Under the pieces are notes generated by a model. The model was given only the letters and a program-made list of their open reading frames with translations. It was not told the DNA's origin and searched no databases. Of a stretch of DNA of 56,672 nt, positions 32,851 to 46,300 are shown one piece after another; position 1 is the stretch's first letter, and each line of letters begins with the position of its first letter. The DNA is from Eledone cirrhosa (Eukaryota), in NCBI GenBank assembly GCA_964016885.1, contig CAXHJY010000003.1:1-56672 (forward strand). Direction: 5' to 3'. A program made the translations under genes and the position numbers.

Positions 32851-33676
32851 TCCTTTCAAACTAATTATTAAATTCATCAAAAGCCACTATAGAATATTAT
32901 CCATTAACATAAGAGGAATGAAAGTTATAGATTACATAGTTCAACATTACAACTTCTGAAATGTAAGCTCTTTTTTAATCAATAATTTCATGGAGCTAAT
33001 ATCCAGCTATTGACGTATTTCACAGTTCATAAGTTATTGACTAACAAAGTTATTTTATCCACTTTTAATAATAAATAACGAACACTTATGTCTAGAGAAC
33101 TGTGATGATTTCATATACCGTTGGTAATTAAGATAATAACATTAAACAATTATCTATTTCCATTGTGCTAGTGGTGGTTGTGGTGATGGTGTTGGTGTTG
33201 GTGGTTGTCATTGTCGTCATTGTTGTTGTGACGTAGTTGTGGTGGTAGCCATTATAGAAAGGGAGTTGTAAGAGTGTGCGTGTAAGAGAGAGAAAGAAGG
33301 AGTGAGAGAGAGGTGATGACAGTTATGGTGGTGGTGGTAGTGGTAGCCAAAACAAGCCTTTATGTAAAAAGACTTGTTATGGCTACCACGCACAAATAAT
33401 ATAATCATCTCTAACTATTGAAAAAAATTATTTTCAGAGCAGCCATTTCCATCGCTGTTCTTTTCTTCATTCTCACTTGCTTTTACCATACCCTTTCCAT
33501 AAAGACTTGTTACAGCATGTGACTAGAAAATGTTTTTCACATCACTGCTACCATCACCACCACCACCACCACCACTACTACCAACACCAACACTACCACA
33601 ATCACCAGCAACAGCACCACCATTACTACCACCACCTTTGTCTCTCACATCAAGCTAACTATAATCATTGCCTTAA

Positions 33677-33886
33677 CCCTTTAGCATTTAAACCAGCTAG
33701 AATTCTCTCACCTCTTTCTGTTCAAACCAGTTGTAACTGGCCACTCATACTGATGTTAAGGTATTGTTCTCAAGATAAATAATATCAAAATCTCATAGAT
33801 TCAAAATTATGTGAGATTTTATGTGAGATAAAGCCTTTACCATGAAAATACACTAGTAAGTAGAGAGTAATGTAAATGCTAAAGGG
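33677..33886. mobile_element. piggyBac-like MITE with TTAA target duplication
   Basis: TTAA|CCCTTTAGCATTTA...TAAATGCTAAAGGG|TTAA; a second, inverted copy lies at 40297-40517. Confidence 0.8.
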
Positions 33887-33890
33887 TTAA

Positions 33891-34942
33891 AGGCAGAGCA
33901 TAGGGATTTAGAGATTGCTTGCTTCCTGAAAGTTGCACAGTTGTCAAAGTTCACAAAGAGATGAAAGCCACTGATGGAGATTCTGCAACAGTAGACAAAT
34001 ATAAGACACCTGATAAGGGTCCTAATACCATCAGAACACTCAAATGTGTACAAAAGGTGCATAAAATTATTGATAACAACTCCAGAAAGTCAATTCTTAT
34101 CATTACTAAGGAACTCAAGGTTTCAAGGCACACTATTGGAAGAATTGTTCCTGAGGACCTTTGATACAAGTCATATGTGATGTGGAGAGCCGAATTCATG
34201 TCTGCAAAACAAACGATAACTCTCTTATCTACATAAGTGCTTGTTGAACAAACTGAAATATCAAGAACCTGGAATGCTTTGGTTTTTCTCTAATGAGAAA
34301 AACTTTGATCAGCACCAAAAGGTCAACCAAAGGAATGACAGATAGTTATGCAGAAACCCTAAAGATATTTCAACGGTCATGCACACAAAGTTTTTGATAA
34401 ATGTGATGGTTCTGGGAGTCGTGAGCAAGGAAGGAGATGTCATGCCTCCTCACTTCTTTCTCAGGGCTTCAGAGTCAATGCTGCTAATTATAAGAAGAGA
34501 GTCATGAGACCTTAAATAGAGAGTGTGAGCAAAGGAAGACTGCATCGTCTCATAAAACCAAGACAATACAAGAATGGATGAGTGACAATCTCTACGATCA
34601 TGTCACCTTGAACATATAACCTCTTAACTCTCTAAACCTGAATCTACTATTTATGGGGCATAGTTGAGAGGGAAGTCAATCAACACTATAAAATCTATTA
34701 AGTGCACCATAACTAGAACAATGTCCAAAGTAGACAAAGATCATCTGATTTAGGCATGTCAACATTTCAGACCTCGTGTTAAAGCAGTCATTGATATGAA
34801 TGGCAGATTCATTGAGTAGATGTGTCAAGAAGAGTCTCAAGATGATTTAGACAATTTTTTTCTCAAATAAATCTCTTTTTTATGACTTATGCCTCTTTTA
34901 CTAAATTCATGCAAATGTCCTCAAAGAACTAAGCAACCCTGT
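33891..34942 (+). pseudogene. Decayed Tc1/mariner-superfamily transposase (maT/DD37D-like) with right terminus
   Basis: Fragments WFFSNEKNFDQ, VMVLGVVSKEGDVMPPHFF, QEWMSDN, WGIVERE, ACQHFRPRVKAVIDMNGRFIE*, with stops and frameshifts; ends aagcaaccctg. Confidence 0.8.
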
Positions 34943-35405
34943 GTGTATATATATATATATATTGACTTGTAATAACACAAGTTACCACTATCAAATAAAA
35001 GACTTAAGAGCTAAAGATGGCTGCTGAGGAAAATAAAAGTTTATTGTTAAATGTAATGCTTAGTGGCAAAATGTTCCTTCACCCTCTTTGTGTTTCTCTG
35101 CTTCTACAGTCAAAGAGCTAGCCTTGTCACACACTGTGTTCCAATGAATCTCCCTGGGAATTGCATTATGAGTACATATGTCTCTAGAATGCTGAGCCAC
35201 TTGCATGTTAATTTTATAAGCTGTTCAAACAACTGGAATGCTCATCTTCATAAGCGATTGATATCCAAAAACTACAACAATTTTTTTTTTAAATGAAACA
35301 TCAAATTGCAATTTACACATGAGAAAATCCCAAATAACCTTTAATTTCTTTACTTTATAAACTCTAGTTTCTCTACTATATACACTCTAATTTCTCTACT
35401 ATTTA

Positions 35406-36438
35406 CGAGGGTGGCCTGAAAAGTTCATTGGCTGACTATAAAGGAGTGATGCTAGAGCTGTGAGAATCTTGCATGCATTTATTTCAACTCTTCTTATTAA
35501 TAACTGCTTTGCTTTTTCCAGGTAAACTGATATCTGACTGTTCAAAGAAGACTTCAAATGTAACTAGTAGAAACTTCTCTTGAAAATGCACAAAATTTGG
35601 CATCGTGGTGTTATCAAAGTACCTGCAGAAAAAGAGTTTAGCCACAAGAATATTCCTGCTGGTTGCTACATTAAGGGATGATGCTCCAGCTTTATCAACA
35701 GTGCAAAAGTGAGCAGCTGAATTTATGAGGTAAAGGGAGAGTCATGAAAATGACTCAAGGTCAACTGCCACTACCAAAGAAATCATTGATTGTGTTCATC
35801 ACATGGTGATAGGTGATAGGTGATTGTCTATAAATCAAATAGCCAATGTTATTAGCATATCCTGTGAGAGTATTGAGAATATTCTGCACAATGAACTTAC
35901 CATGACAAAGATTTCTGCTCAGTGAGTGCCACATCTTCTGACACCTGATCTTATCACAAGAAAATCTAACATTGTTTGAGGCAGATCCAGCTGGTTTCCT
36001 TGAACGTTTCCTAACCCAAGATGAGTGTTGGATTCATCACTTTGAGCCAGAACAAAGAGACAATCCATACAGTGAAAACACACCTCATCACCTGCTTCAA
36101 AGAATGCTGTGGTCGTTTCAACTACAAAAGACATTGTGTTTATTGACTATCTTCAAAAGGGCCACAGCATTAACAGAGAGCACTATGCCAACTTGCTGAG
36201 GCAATTATGAAAGGCTATCAAGACCAAATGTCCAGGAAAACTGACAAAAGGGGTCCTGTTTCATTAGGACAATGCTCCAGCACAAAAGTCTTTGGTTTCA
36301 ATGGCTGCTGTGCGTGACTGTGGCTTGAACTGGTTGATCACCCCACACCCCACCCCACCCCTTATTCTCTTGATTTGTCCTCATCTGACTATCATCTGTT
36401 ACCCAACATGAAAAAACATTTGGCTGGGAACCAGTATT
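35406..36438 (+). pseudogene. Decayed mariner (DD34D) element
   Basis: TA|CGAGGGTGGCCTGAAAAGTT left end; *VPHLLT, FLTQDECWIHHFEPE, DNAPAQ, YSLDLSSSDYHL motifs. Confidence 0.85.
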
Positions 36439-36439
36439 A

Positions 36440-37135
36440 CATATCTACCTAGTTGATGTTGTGTAAATTCCAATGAGAGAGTCTTGTGTCTATTTTAGAA
36501 ACCGACTCTCTTTCTATTGGCAACAATTTGTGAAATTATAAAACCAGAAGAACGAACGAATGAACATACATACATACATATTGCCTATTGGCAAAAATTT
36601 GAGAAATTATAAAACAAGAACATACATACATACATGCATACCAATATATTATCAAAGATTAGCAAAAAGGAGAATATTTATGCAGAACTAATGAGAAATC
36701 TGCAAATACTCCACCCTGACTATACCTTCAGATTTACCTGTGATTATTGGGGCACTGGGATATGTTAGTAACTGCCTCAGTACAAATCTTGAGAAGCTGG
36801 GCTTCACAGAAACAGAAAGAACGCAACTAGTTAGCAAATTACAATACAATCCATTAATGGAACAGTAACAATATGTAAAACATTCCAAAAATTCTGCATC
36901 TAATAACTGCATATACACATGTACAGATACTAAGTATATGCACATGCACACATACAACTCAAAACATACACATCCACACATACAATATCATCCATATCTG
37001 CACATGCATGCAGACATGCATACATATCTATCTAGTTGATGTTGTGTAAATTCCAATGAGAGAGTCTTGAATCTATGTTAGAAACCAACTCATTCTCTAT
37101 TGGCAAAAATTCGTGAAATTATAAAACCAGAAGAA
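36440..37135 (+). mobile_element. R4/Dong-like non-LTR 3' fragment with a duplicated 3' UTR block (36440-36553 and 37023-37135)
   Basis: Frameshifted KENIYAELMRNLQILHP..IIGALGYV..LEKLG..LQ..GTVTICKTF resembles the end of a restriction-like endonuclease domain. Confidence 0.55.
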
Positions 37136-37384
37136 CACACACACACACACATATACATAAATACATAAGGAATGCAGCGTTTTCACAAATGATTGCCATC
37201 TTTTATTGATTCTTCATTGTCCTCCCATCAGTGTTTATGACTTTGTAGACCAGTTGCACATCTGCATGGTTTATGACATAGGTGATAGAAGAGAGATGTG
37301 CTTTCCACAGGATTGGTGGAGTAACCCTGTGGGATACAATCTTTATGCACCACCATGTATTTTTTTAGTCCAGAACTAGTTCTA

Positions 37385-37905
37385 AGCACTTTGATGAAAT
37401 CCAAGCTATCGATGTTGAAACCCTAAAAATCCTAAACAACACTGGAAATTTCCACATTAACAGTGACATAGACCTCCTCTACCTGAAACATAAACTGGAA
37501 GGCAGAGACCTAACATCAGTCTAGACAGCATTTCAGTTTTGCATCATATCCCTCCAACAACATCTACGGGAAGGACTTCTTTGAGAAATACTTGTTGCAA
37601 GATAATCAAAAACTCACACCCAGGGAAATTACCCAACAATATCAGAATAAATCCATGGATGAAAAGCTGCATGCTTATAAGCAAAAAATCATGCATGGAT
37701 ATGTTGCCAGGAGGCTCCAGAGTGAGAGTAATATAGATAAGTAAAATAGTCTATCTTGGACCAATAACTGCGATATTGGCTCTCACTTTGAAAGATATAC
37801 TTTTGCAATCTAAAAACAGGAAATCAATAAAAAAAATTCCTGATTCACAAGATAAATAGAGATGCAAGCAAAACACCTAGATGTGACAACAAATGTAGAC
37901 ACTAT
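37385..37905 (+). mobile_element. R4/Dong-like internal fragment
   Basis: IDVETLKILNNTGNFHINSDIDLLYLKHKLEGRDL resembles the R4/Dong post-RT motif. Confidence 0.55.
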
Positions 37906-37940
37906 ATACATACACACATATATACATACATACATACACA

Positions 37941-38260
37941 TGATGGCTGCCCCCTCATTATCGAGTATGGCCATTGCACGATATGTCATTATTAATAAAA
38001 TTCTTAATTAATTCTATCACGCAATGCCTGTGCATGAATATATTTTTTTGAAGAGAGGAAAGTGTGCACTGAGCCAATCCCACTCTCTGAGCAACAGTAG
38101 CTATAACCCGAAAAGAAGAAAACATCAACATCATCGGTAACTACTGAGTCGCAGATTTTATGTCAGAGTTATCCCAGTTTCCTGATTTGCCTTCTCCAAG
38201 AAGAATGCTCTGACAAAGGCTAGGGGTCCTTCACTCCCAGTGGTTTCTATGTCCCCGCGC
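37941..38260 (-). mobile_element. Diverged relative of the RTE-derived SINE
   Basis: Shares tggctgcc..tcgagtatggcca, cccactctc, aaaagaagaa..tcaacatcat and tgacaaaggctagggg blocks with 28861-29408. Confidence 0.6.
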
Positions 38261-38508
38261 ATATACATACACATGCACACATGCATATACATATATACAT
38301 ACATATGTACATGTGTATATACATATTTACACATTTTTGGATGGCTGTTGACTCTTACAAGTTCTTCCGCCCTACACATACATAAATGCATACATAATAC
38401 ATACATACACTCATATATACACATATACACACATTCATACTTACATGCATGCACACACATACATACATACATACATACATACATACATACATACATACAT
38501 ACATACAT

Positions 38509-38870
38509 GATGGCTGCAAACTCGTGTTTGAGCATTGCCATCGCCTGATAAAATGCTCAAAAATGTGAGGCACGAATGTGGCTCTTTAAACCAGCAAAAG
38601 ACTTGCACCCTCTGGCACACACGTGGCAACTGTAGGCTCATCCAGGACTTTCCATTGCTTTGTTCTGGCTGTGTGTTCTCATGTGTCTTTTGAGACCTCC
38701 CATGCTAGTACATTCCTTACACCTTTTCAGGTCATAATCTACATGAGGTCTACTGATATGACTTTGTTCATGTCTAGTCAAACCAGTTTTGTTCAGGCAG
38801 ACTCGACCACAGTGCTGGCAAACCAAATGATGTTCAACAGCAGGCAGTTCAGAACAGTCTCCTTTCCTTA
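38509..38870 (-). mobile_element. 3' end of an RTE/BovB-like LINE with tandem C2H2 zinc fingers and (ATGT)n tail
   Basis: ORF 38638..38826: CQHCGRVCLNKTGLTRHEQSH...GGLKRHMRTH; a third finger is frameshifted; terminus gagtttgcagccatc-atgtatgt. Confidence 0.7.
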
Positions 38871-38894
38871 CCTTCCTTTACATACATACATACA

Positions 38895-39408
38895 TGGTGG
38901 TTGCCAACTCGTTTTCGAGTACGGCCACTACTTTATATCCATGTAGGAGTACCCCTACCGATGCGCTGAACGAGTGTGACTTTTTAGTCCAGCCAGCGAC
39001 TTGAAAACTCTGGTACAAACACTATACTTGTGACAATTACTGACACATAGTGCTGGGCCCATGGTACCATGTGATGACAAGAGCAGAGAGATCTCCAGAT
39101 ATAAAGCAATGCCTGTGCCGTGAAGCTTTTATAGTGAACAAAGGCACTGCACAAAGCCAGTCCCACTCTCTTAACCAAGATGATATTTACCAAAAAGAAG
39201 AACAAGTCAACATCATTGGATACCATCAGGGTTGCAGGTGTTATATCAGTGTTTTCCTTCTCCTAGAATTCTGCCTTGACAAAGGCTAAGGGGTCATCTC
39301 TCCCGGTGATTTTGGATGGCCATTGACTCTTAAAAGCTCCTTTGCCCTTTGACAGGCTTTGTTTTTAGTCCTGCAGGATGTCCAAAGTCACCCTCCTCAC
39401 CAAGAAAC
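38895..39408 (-). mobile_element. Non-autonomous RTE-derived SINE-like element, copy 3, in a (TACA)n tract
   Basis: Near-identical to 28861-29370. Confidence 0.8.
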
Positions 39409-39464
39409 TACATACATACATACATACATACATACATACATACATACATACATACATACATACA

Positions 39465-39495
<31 letters not shown>

Positions 39496-39662
39496 TTACT
39501 TGATCTCCTGTTACTACCTGATAGACACACATGAATGACCAGTTATAATGGAGTCATTCCTTTCACTTTTATCTGAACGTACATCACTGTACTCACTGAA
39601 ATAAGAAAAAAATGGTAAATCACTTGTTTACATTTTTCTATTGGTTTAATCTTTAACAGATG

Positions 39663-40268
39663 CAGAGCTGGTGCTACCTTTAAGGCCAACTAGGTAGCAG
39701 TCTAGAGCACAGACCTCAGAATGGTATATTACTGGACCTTACATAGCTGGTGCTACTATTAAGGCTATCTAGGCAGCTGTCTAGAGTGCAGACCTCAGAA
39801 TGGTGCATCGTCGTTTTTATACCCACTTTTCCATGCTGGAATGGGTTGGATATGATGTTTTAAGATATTTTACAGTTGGACACCCTTCCTGACACCAACC
39901 CTTTAGCCAACTCTCACAATGTTGTATAGAATGCTTTGCAGTTTTCATTCCAGGCAGCGTCAATGCTGCCATTATGAGCAACTAGGCAGCCACCTAGAAC
40001 CCAGACCTCATAGAGGTGCATTACTGAACCTTACAGGGCTGGTGCTACCATTAAGGCCAACTAGGCAGCCACCAAGAGCATGTGCCTCTGAGAGGTGCAT
40101 TATTGAACTTTACAGGGCTGGTGTTGCCATGAAGGCCAACTAGAGAGCCATCTAGGGCACAGGCTTCAGAGAGATGCATTACTGAACCATATAGGGCTGG
40201 TGCTACCATTAAGACCAGCTAGACAGCTACCTAGGTGAAAACCTTAGTGAAGTACTTTACTGAACAAT
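39663..40268 (+). repeat. ~79-bp minisatellite (about six units), interrupted by a SINE/RTE tail at ~39805-39905; lone unit near 42045-42110
   Basis: Unit agggctggtgctaccattaaggccaactaggcagccacctagagcacagacctcagagaggtgcattactgaaccttac recurs at ~40034, 40113 and 40192. Confidence 0.8.
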
Positions 40269-40296
40269 AAAATGTTATGCAAATTTGTCTAATTAA

Positions 40297-40517
40297 TCCT
40301 TTAGCATTTGCATTACTCTATATTTACTATTGTATTTTCATAGTAAATACTTTACCTCACATAATTATCTCACATAATATCAGATCTATGAGATTTTGAT
40401 ATTATTTATTTTGAGAACAATACCTTAACATAAGTATGAGCAGCCAGTTATGGCTGGTTTGAACAGAAAGAGGTGAAAGATTTCTGGCTGGATAGGGCTG
40501 GTTTAAATGCTAATGGG
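40297..40517. mobile_element. piggyBac-like MITE, second copy (inverted relative to 33677-33886)
   Basis: ttaa|tcctttagcatt...aaatgctaatggg|ttca, with internal similarity to the first copy. Confidence 0.7.
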
Positions 40518-40659
40518 TTCATTTTGATTAATGAATAAATCACTAAATATATTTGCTGCATTGCAGCATTGGGGAAATAATTTACTGTCTTCATTGGGTA
40601 ATTCTTTTCTATTTCCTTTCTAAGTACAAGTATGAGGTCTAAGTAGGATTCTGGGGGGA

Positions 40660-41310
40660 AAATACATACTTGGTGATATTCAATTGCTAATCATCTTCGA
40701 AGTAAGCCTCTTGTTCCTCCATGTATGTATCCAAAAAACCTTGGTTCAGCTGTGATAAATGAGCTGTGGCACTGTCATGATGCAGCTACCAATTCTGTAA
40801 GGTCCACAGATCCAGTCTCTTGTACCAAACTGATAGTAGTCGTTTGTAACTGTTTGTCCTTGAAATGCAAAACATCTCAATAGTCTAAAAAAATAAAACA
40901 ATCAACATCACCTTAAATTTAAACTACACCTGATATACTTTTGAGGGGTTTTGGCAACATTGGATGTTTCTACTGTGATGACTGGGTCATGCCCATAAAC
41001 CCATGCCTCATCTCCAGTTATCACAGTATTCACAAACTTAGGATCCTTGTTGCCATTATCAGGTAAAATAAAAATGTGACAAGTAAGTAGTACAGCACCT
41101 CATGCATCCAGCAAACACACCAAAAACCATGCATGAACATGAATGCAAGCAGATCCACTCTGCGCACTTTTGTCTCCCTAACGTCAATACTTCCCACAAG
41201 AAAAAATTAAACCAGATACTTTTTTTAACAATGCTTGTACTTACAGTTTTCTAAGCAAATTTTTAACACTTCATTACACAAAAATATCAAAATGTCAATA
41301 GCCATTCTTT
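40660..41310 (-). pseudogene. Heavily decayed mariner transposase remnant
   Basis: Minus-strand traces of WVYGYD, QSSQ(W)K, P.PK and KVMLIVF motifs with many disruptions. Confidence 0.55.
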
Positions 41311-43394
41311 TTCTTTTAGATTTTTTCTAAATGAGAATAGATTAGTAAACACTTGTCAAGTTTAAACCTGAAAAACAAAAATAGTTAGCTTGTTGTGTAT
41401 GTGTATGTGTGAGTGTGTGTATATGTGATTGTGTCGATGTGAGATTGTGTATATGTGCAAGTGGGTATGTGCAAGTATGTGTGTGCACATGTGAGAGGTG
41501 TGCATATCCGAGCGTGTGTGTGTGTGCATGTAAATATGTATATGTATGCATGCGTGTGGTGTGTGTGTATGTGTGCTGTATGTGTGTTTGTGGTTAAGAA
41601 ATTTGCTTCAGAATCATGAGGTTCCAAGTTCATTCCCTTAACATGAGATCTTGAGCAGATATATTTTACCATAACTTCAAGCTGGCCCAAGCCTTGTGAG
41701 GGAAATTGAGTAGACAAAAGGTGTTTAGAAGTCCCTTGGATAGAGTGTGCTTGTAAATTGAAAGGGCCAGCCTTGTCACACACTGTGTCATGCTGAATCT
41801 CCATCAGTGCAATGCTCAGCCAATTGTATGTTAATTAACAGACTGTTCTGTTAATCAAACTGGAACACTGATCATTGAAGCTGATGGAGGTTTCGTGCAG
41901 ATTGGATTAAACTTTCTTTAAATGAAAACACTTATGTTCATGTTCCAACTTGAATGGCATTTAAGATCAATTCAGAATCACAAATGATAAACAATCTATG
42001 TAGCATCACAACAATTATATCAAAGCATTATATAGCATAGAAACAGGACTGGCATTACCCTTAAGGCTAACTAGACAACATACCTTAGAAACACACATTA
42101 CTGAACCTCAAAAAATCAGTTTTTATATAATTAAATAAAATATATTATCATTTCCAATTATTAATAAATAAATCGTGGAACAACTTTGCCATGTAGTAGA
42201 GTGAATGGAAAAGGACATATAGTATTTTAACTTGTCACATGATTTGGTGGAGGTCACTTGGATTATGTAGTAGTAAGTGCAAACTTAGTAATTTGTCTTA
42301 GTATGGTCAGAACAAGAAGTGTTAAAAGCTAGGTTTGTCAGCTTACCAAACAAAGTTTGAAATGACTTTACTTGAGAGTTGGGGTGCATAATTAGAATAA
42401 GGGGGCACACAGGAGATATCTACAGCTCCCTGCTGACCATATTTCATTTATAAACAATGCTATATAATGCTTCTATGCAGAGTTAACTCCTGGGTAATTA
42501 GCACCCTGGATTATACCCTACAATGTGTGCCCCCTTATTCTCTTGTAAAATCCTATTATCTTCTCTTGGTCCATACAAACTACAAGCAACAGAATAGATC
42601 ACAGCCTTCCAAAGGTTAAAGTTCTTGCTATTAAAGACTGTGAGGGCAGCAAGATATAAATATTTAAATTGGAGAAAACCAATGTTTAGAAACATCGTAG
42701 CGATTGAAGATGTATTTAATTTTAAAACTTTGGTTCTCTTCAATTTGAATATATATATAAATTCAAATTAAACGATATATATTTATATATATATATATAT
42801 AGAGGGAAAGAGCCATCATTTGAGAAACACATAGTATTTTGTACATATATAAAGCATATAATATTTAGGGGAAAATGCATACTTTAAGATGAAAAAGTTC
42901 TCCTTTGCTTATGGTATCATTTTATGGTTCATAAACTGTAACAAATATTGATCTGAGCAATCGATCATCAACTATCAATTTTGGTAAAGGTACTGGAGAC
43001 ATGAACCAATCATCAGAGGAATTCGTCTTTGGATAAATTCCAATAGAGTATAGAGTACAAAATAATTTTATAACTGTCGGAATCGGAGAGTTAGGTCAAA
43101 ACCATAGACATCATGGTGTGAGAATGTTTTAACAGTGGCGACAGATATGAATAGAACTGGAGGTTTTATCTGTTAGAAAGAAATGCAAAGTACTAGTCAC
43201 AGTATAAGCAACTCAACAAATTAAGTATTTGTAGCAGCTATATACTAATTTAAGGTATCATAACATATATAATATGTATGATACTTATGTTTCTTAGCAG
43301 AAAAGCTCAGTGGATATTTGCCCAGAGCATCAATAATTCAAATTAAAAGATATATGTATATATAGAGAGAAAAAGAGCCATATATTGTTTGAGG

Positions 43395-46300
43395 TTGTCC
43401 TGGATATGACATTAAGCTGCATCCAATGGCAAGGCTCCAGTTCGGGAGTTCAGGAGCTGTGGGGAATGTTGAGTTATCCCTTAGTTGTTATCACTCCCAG
43501 GTCTGCTCTGGTCCAGAGTAGTAGTACCTGTTAAGGCCTCATTTATGGGTTAAATAATTACCTTACTTGAGTAGCACCGGTAAGGTATTATCAGCCATTG
43601 AAAAGAACCATCAAGAGTGTATTTAACACCACTAGAGTTAGAGCCCCTAACTACTCTGTCAAGGAGCAGTCTGGTCATTATAACTCTGCTGGTTTAGAAC
43701 CACAGGGAGGGCCAGTGGATGATGGATCAGCTGTCTCTGAGACAAATATAAAGAATACAGTTTTGTCTTGCAGAAGAGCCATTAAAATAAGCACTCTGAA
43801 TGTAAGGACTGTTCGGACGCTGGAGAAGAGAGAGGAGTTGGGTCATCTGTTCGAGGAGAGTGGTATGCAGATACTTGCGATCCAAGAACACGGGATCCTA
43901 CAAGATGAGCCCTTGAAGAGAATGATGATTGGAAAGAGGAGCCAGCTCATGACCACATCATCAGTGAGGAACACAACTAATGCTGAAGTAGGAGGAGTGG
44001 GTCTGTACAAGAGCCAATCTATTAGTGAAGGGAATCATACCTGTCTCCTCGCAAGTATTGAGAGTGACCTTCAATGGAAACCCAAAGCTGACAGTCATCT
44101 CAGCCTATAGTCCAACCGAGGGGGACAGTGATGTGAGTGCAGAGGAGTTCCATGAGGAAGTGTGTAGAGCTGTCAACACCACACCAGCTCATAACATCCT
44201 GTTTGTTCCGGGTGACTTCAATGCAAATCTGAGTAAGAAGAGCAGTGAAGATCCTTGCTGGTACTTCCATAACAACACCAACCGAAATGGGAGACTACTG
44301 AAGGACACCCTGCTGGAGGTGAACTTGATGGCAACCAGCCTAAGGTTTAGGAAGAATCCGGGGAAGATGTGAGGTCCTGGTACCGAGGAGAGAGATGAAG
44401 AGGAGGGACAACAACTCTGCAGACCCAAAAGTGTGTCCAGCCAGAGAACACCTGAAAGTTGCCAAGGACCAATTCTATGGTGAACCTATGGAGGAGAGGA
44501 AGGAGAATATGGAGGTGATGAAGGAAAAACTCTGTACCGCTTATACTGAGGCCAGAGAGGAGGCACTGATAGAGAAGATCAGACGTGTAGAGAGAGCAGT
44601 TGACAGGCCTAGGTGTAAAGAGAGCTGGATGATCATCAACGAGATCACAGGGAGTAAGAGAGGGAGTACGAGTCAGATCAAGGGAACAGGGTCTGAGAAT
44701 AGGAAAAGGCTGGACCATTTTAAGACCCTACTAGGAGAGCCGCCTTCCACAGCCCAGAACACTGGGGAGATCAGGCATCTGTTTGAGGAACTGGATATTG
44801 AGACAGGACCCTATGCCAAAGAGCTTCAGAGAGCCAAGAAGATGAAGGAGGGCAAGGCCTATGGAGAAGATGGAGTGGCATCAGAGGTGATGAAGAGGTG
44901 TGATTTTTATGGTATCATCCTAGAGTTCTGTAACCAGGCACTGGAGAAACGAGTTGCCCCATATCAGTGGAGGATCAGTAACACCATCCCAGTGCCAAAG
45001 AAGGGAGATCTCTCTAACACCAACAACTACAGGGGGATCTCACTGACGTCACTTGTGGCAAAGACCCTCAACAGGATCATTCTTAACAGTATCCAGCCTG
45101 AGACAGAAGCTCAGGGACAACCAGAATGGCTTCAAGGAGAGAAGATCAACCACCAGTCACATCCTGATACTGAGGTGGATATTAGAGGGAGCTAGATCAA
45201 AGAGCCTTCCTGTTGTCATAGTTTTCATTGACTTTAGAAGGCCTTTGATTCTGTCGAATGTCACTGCCTGATGAAAATCTTACAGGCTTATGGAATCTCC
45301 AAGAAGATAGTGGAGCTGATATCACTGCTCTACACCAACACCAGAGCCCAAATCATTATACCTGATGGGATGTCGGAGTTTTTTGAGATACTGGCTGGAG
45401 TGCTCCAGGGAGATACATTGGTTCCTGACCTTTTTATCATTGCAGTGGACTATTGTATGCGCCTTGCACTGGAGAAACACCAGGACTCTGGTTTTACTGT
45501 CGCACTGGCTCAGAGCAGGAGAGGTAAGACTTGTAGCAAGAGTTGCCTCCCTTGTTGTGACGATCACATCACCAATAGATTAACGCTCGCTAAACAGGAA
45601 GTAGCTGGAGTTACTTCCCGTTGGGGTGGCAGAACCCTTTTTGTCACTTCCATCTTGGACCCTATAAAAGGGATACTCAGAGCGATCTCTCTCTCATTTT
45701 GCCCTCTTCTAACCTGCCTGGCCCTTCGGCCAGGTGCGTTCGACTGGTAACCCTAACATGGTCTCTTGCGAGCTCACTTCAAAACGGTAACAAATAACTT
45801 TACTTCATTCTTTCATCTACTTTCATTGACTAGTCAACCATTCTGTTCTACATAACTTCAACTTGTTAATTAAACTTTATACACACAACTGAGTGTCTTG
45901 TTATATTCATACACACCAGTACATTGTTATAAGTGGTGACCCCGAATAGAAAAGAAAAAGATGACAGAATCTGGTGTTGAGTGAGTATGGAAAAAAGAAA
46001 ATTAATTAGCAGTACCCCATTTTCGTTGGAATGTGTCGACCAATATTTCGAATCCGCAGCAAACTTTATTAACAAACTAGGAAAATACGCAGACACAGAA
46101 ACGAACACACGCACATGTGAAATTCTCATTCAGACAGACTCTTTTTCTCTCACGCAAGTGTCGTACATCAACTAAGTGTCGCATTTCACTGGATGTATAT
46201 ATATGTTTTTCGTTTCTTCTTACAATGAACATTTAAAAAAAGAAAAAAGAAAAGAAATTTGATTTTTTTTTTTTACACATTTCAACATGAACATTTATTT

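Noticed and set aside
33477-33782. His/Gln-rich 101-aa ORF
   Set aside because: Derived from a (CAC)n trinucleotide tract running into a MITE.
39663-40268. CRISPR-like array
   Set aside because: The units are contiguous diverged repeats with no unique spacers, in a eukaryotic context with no cas genes.
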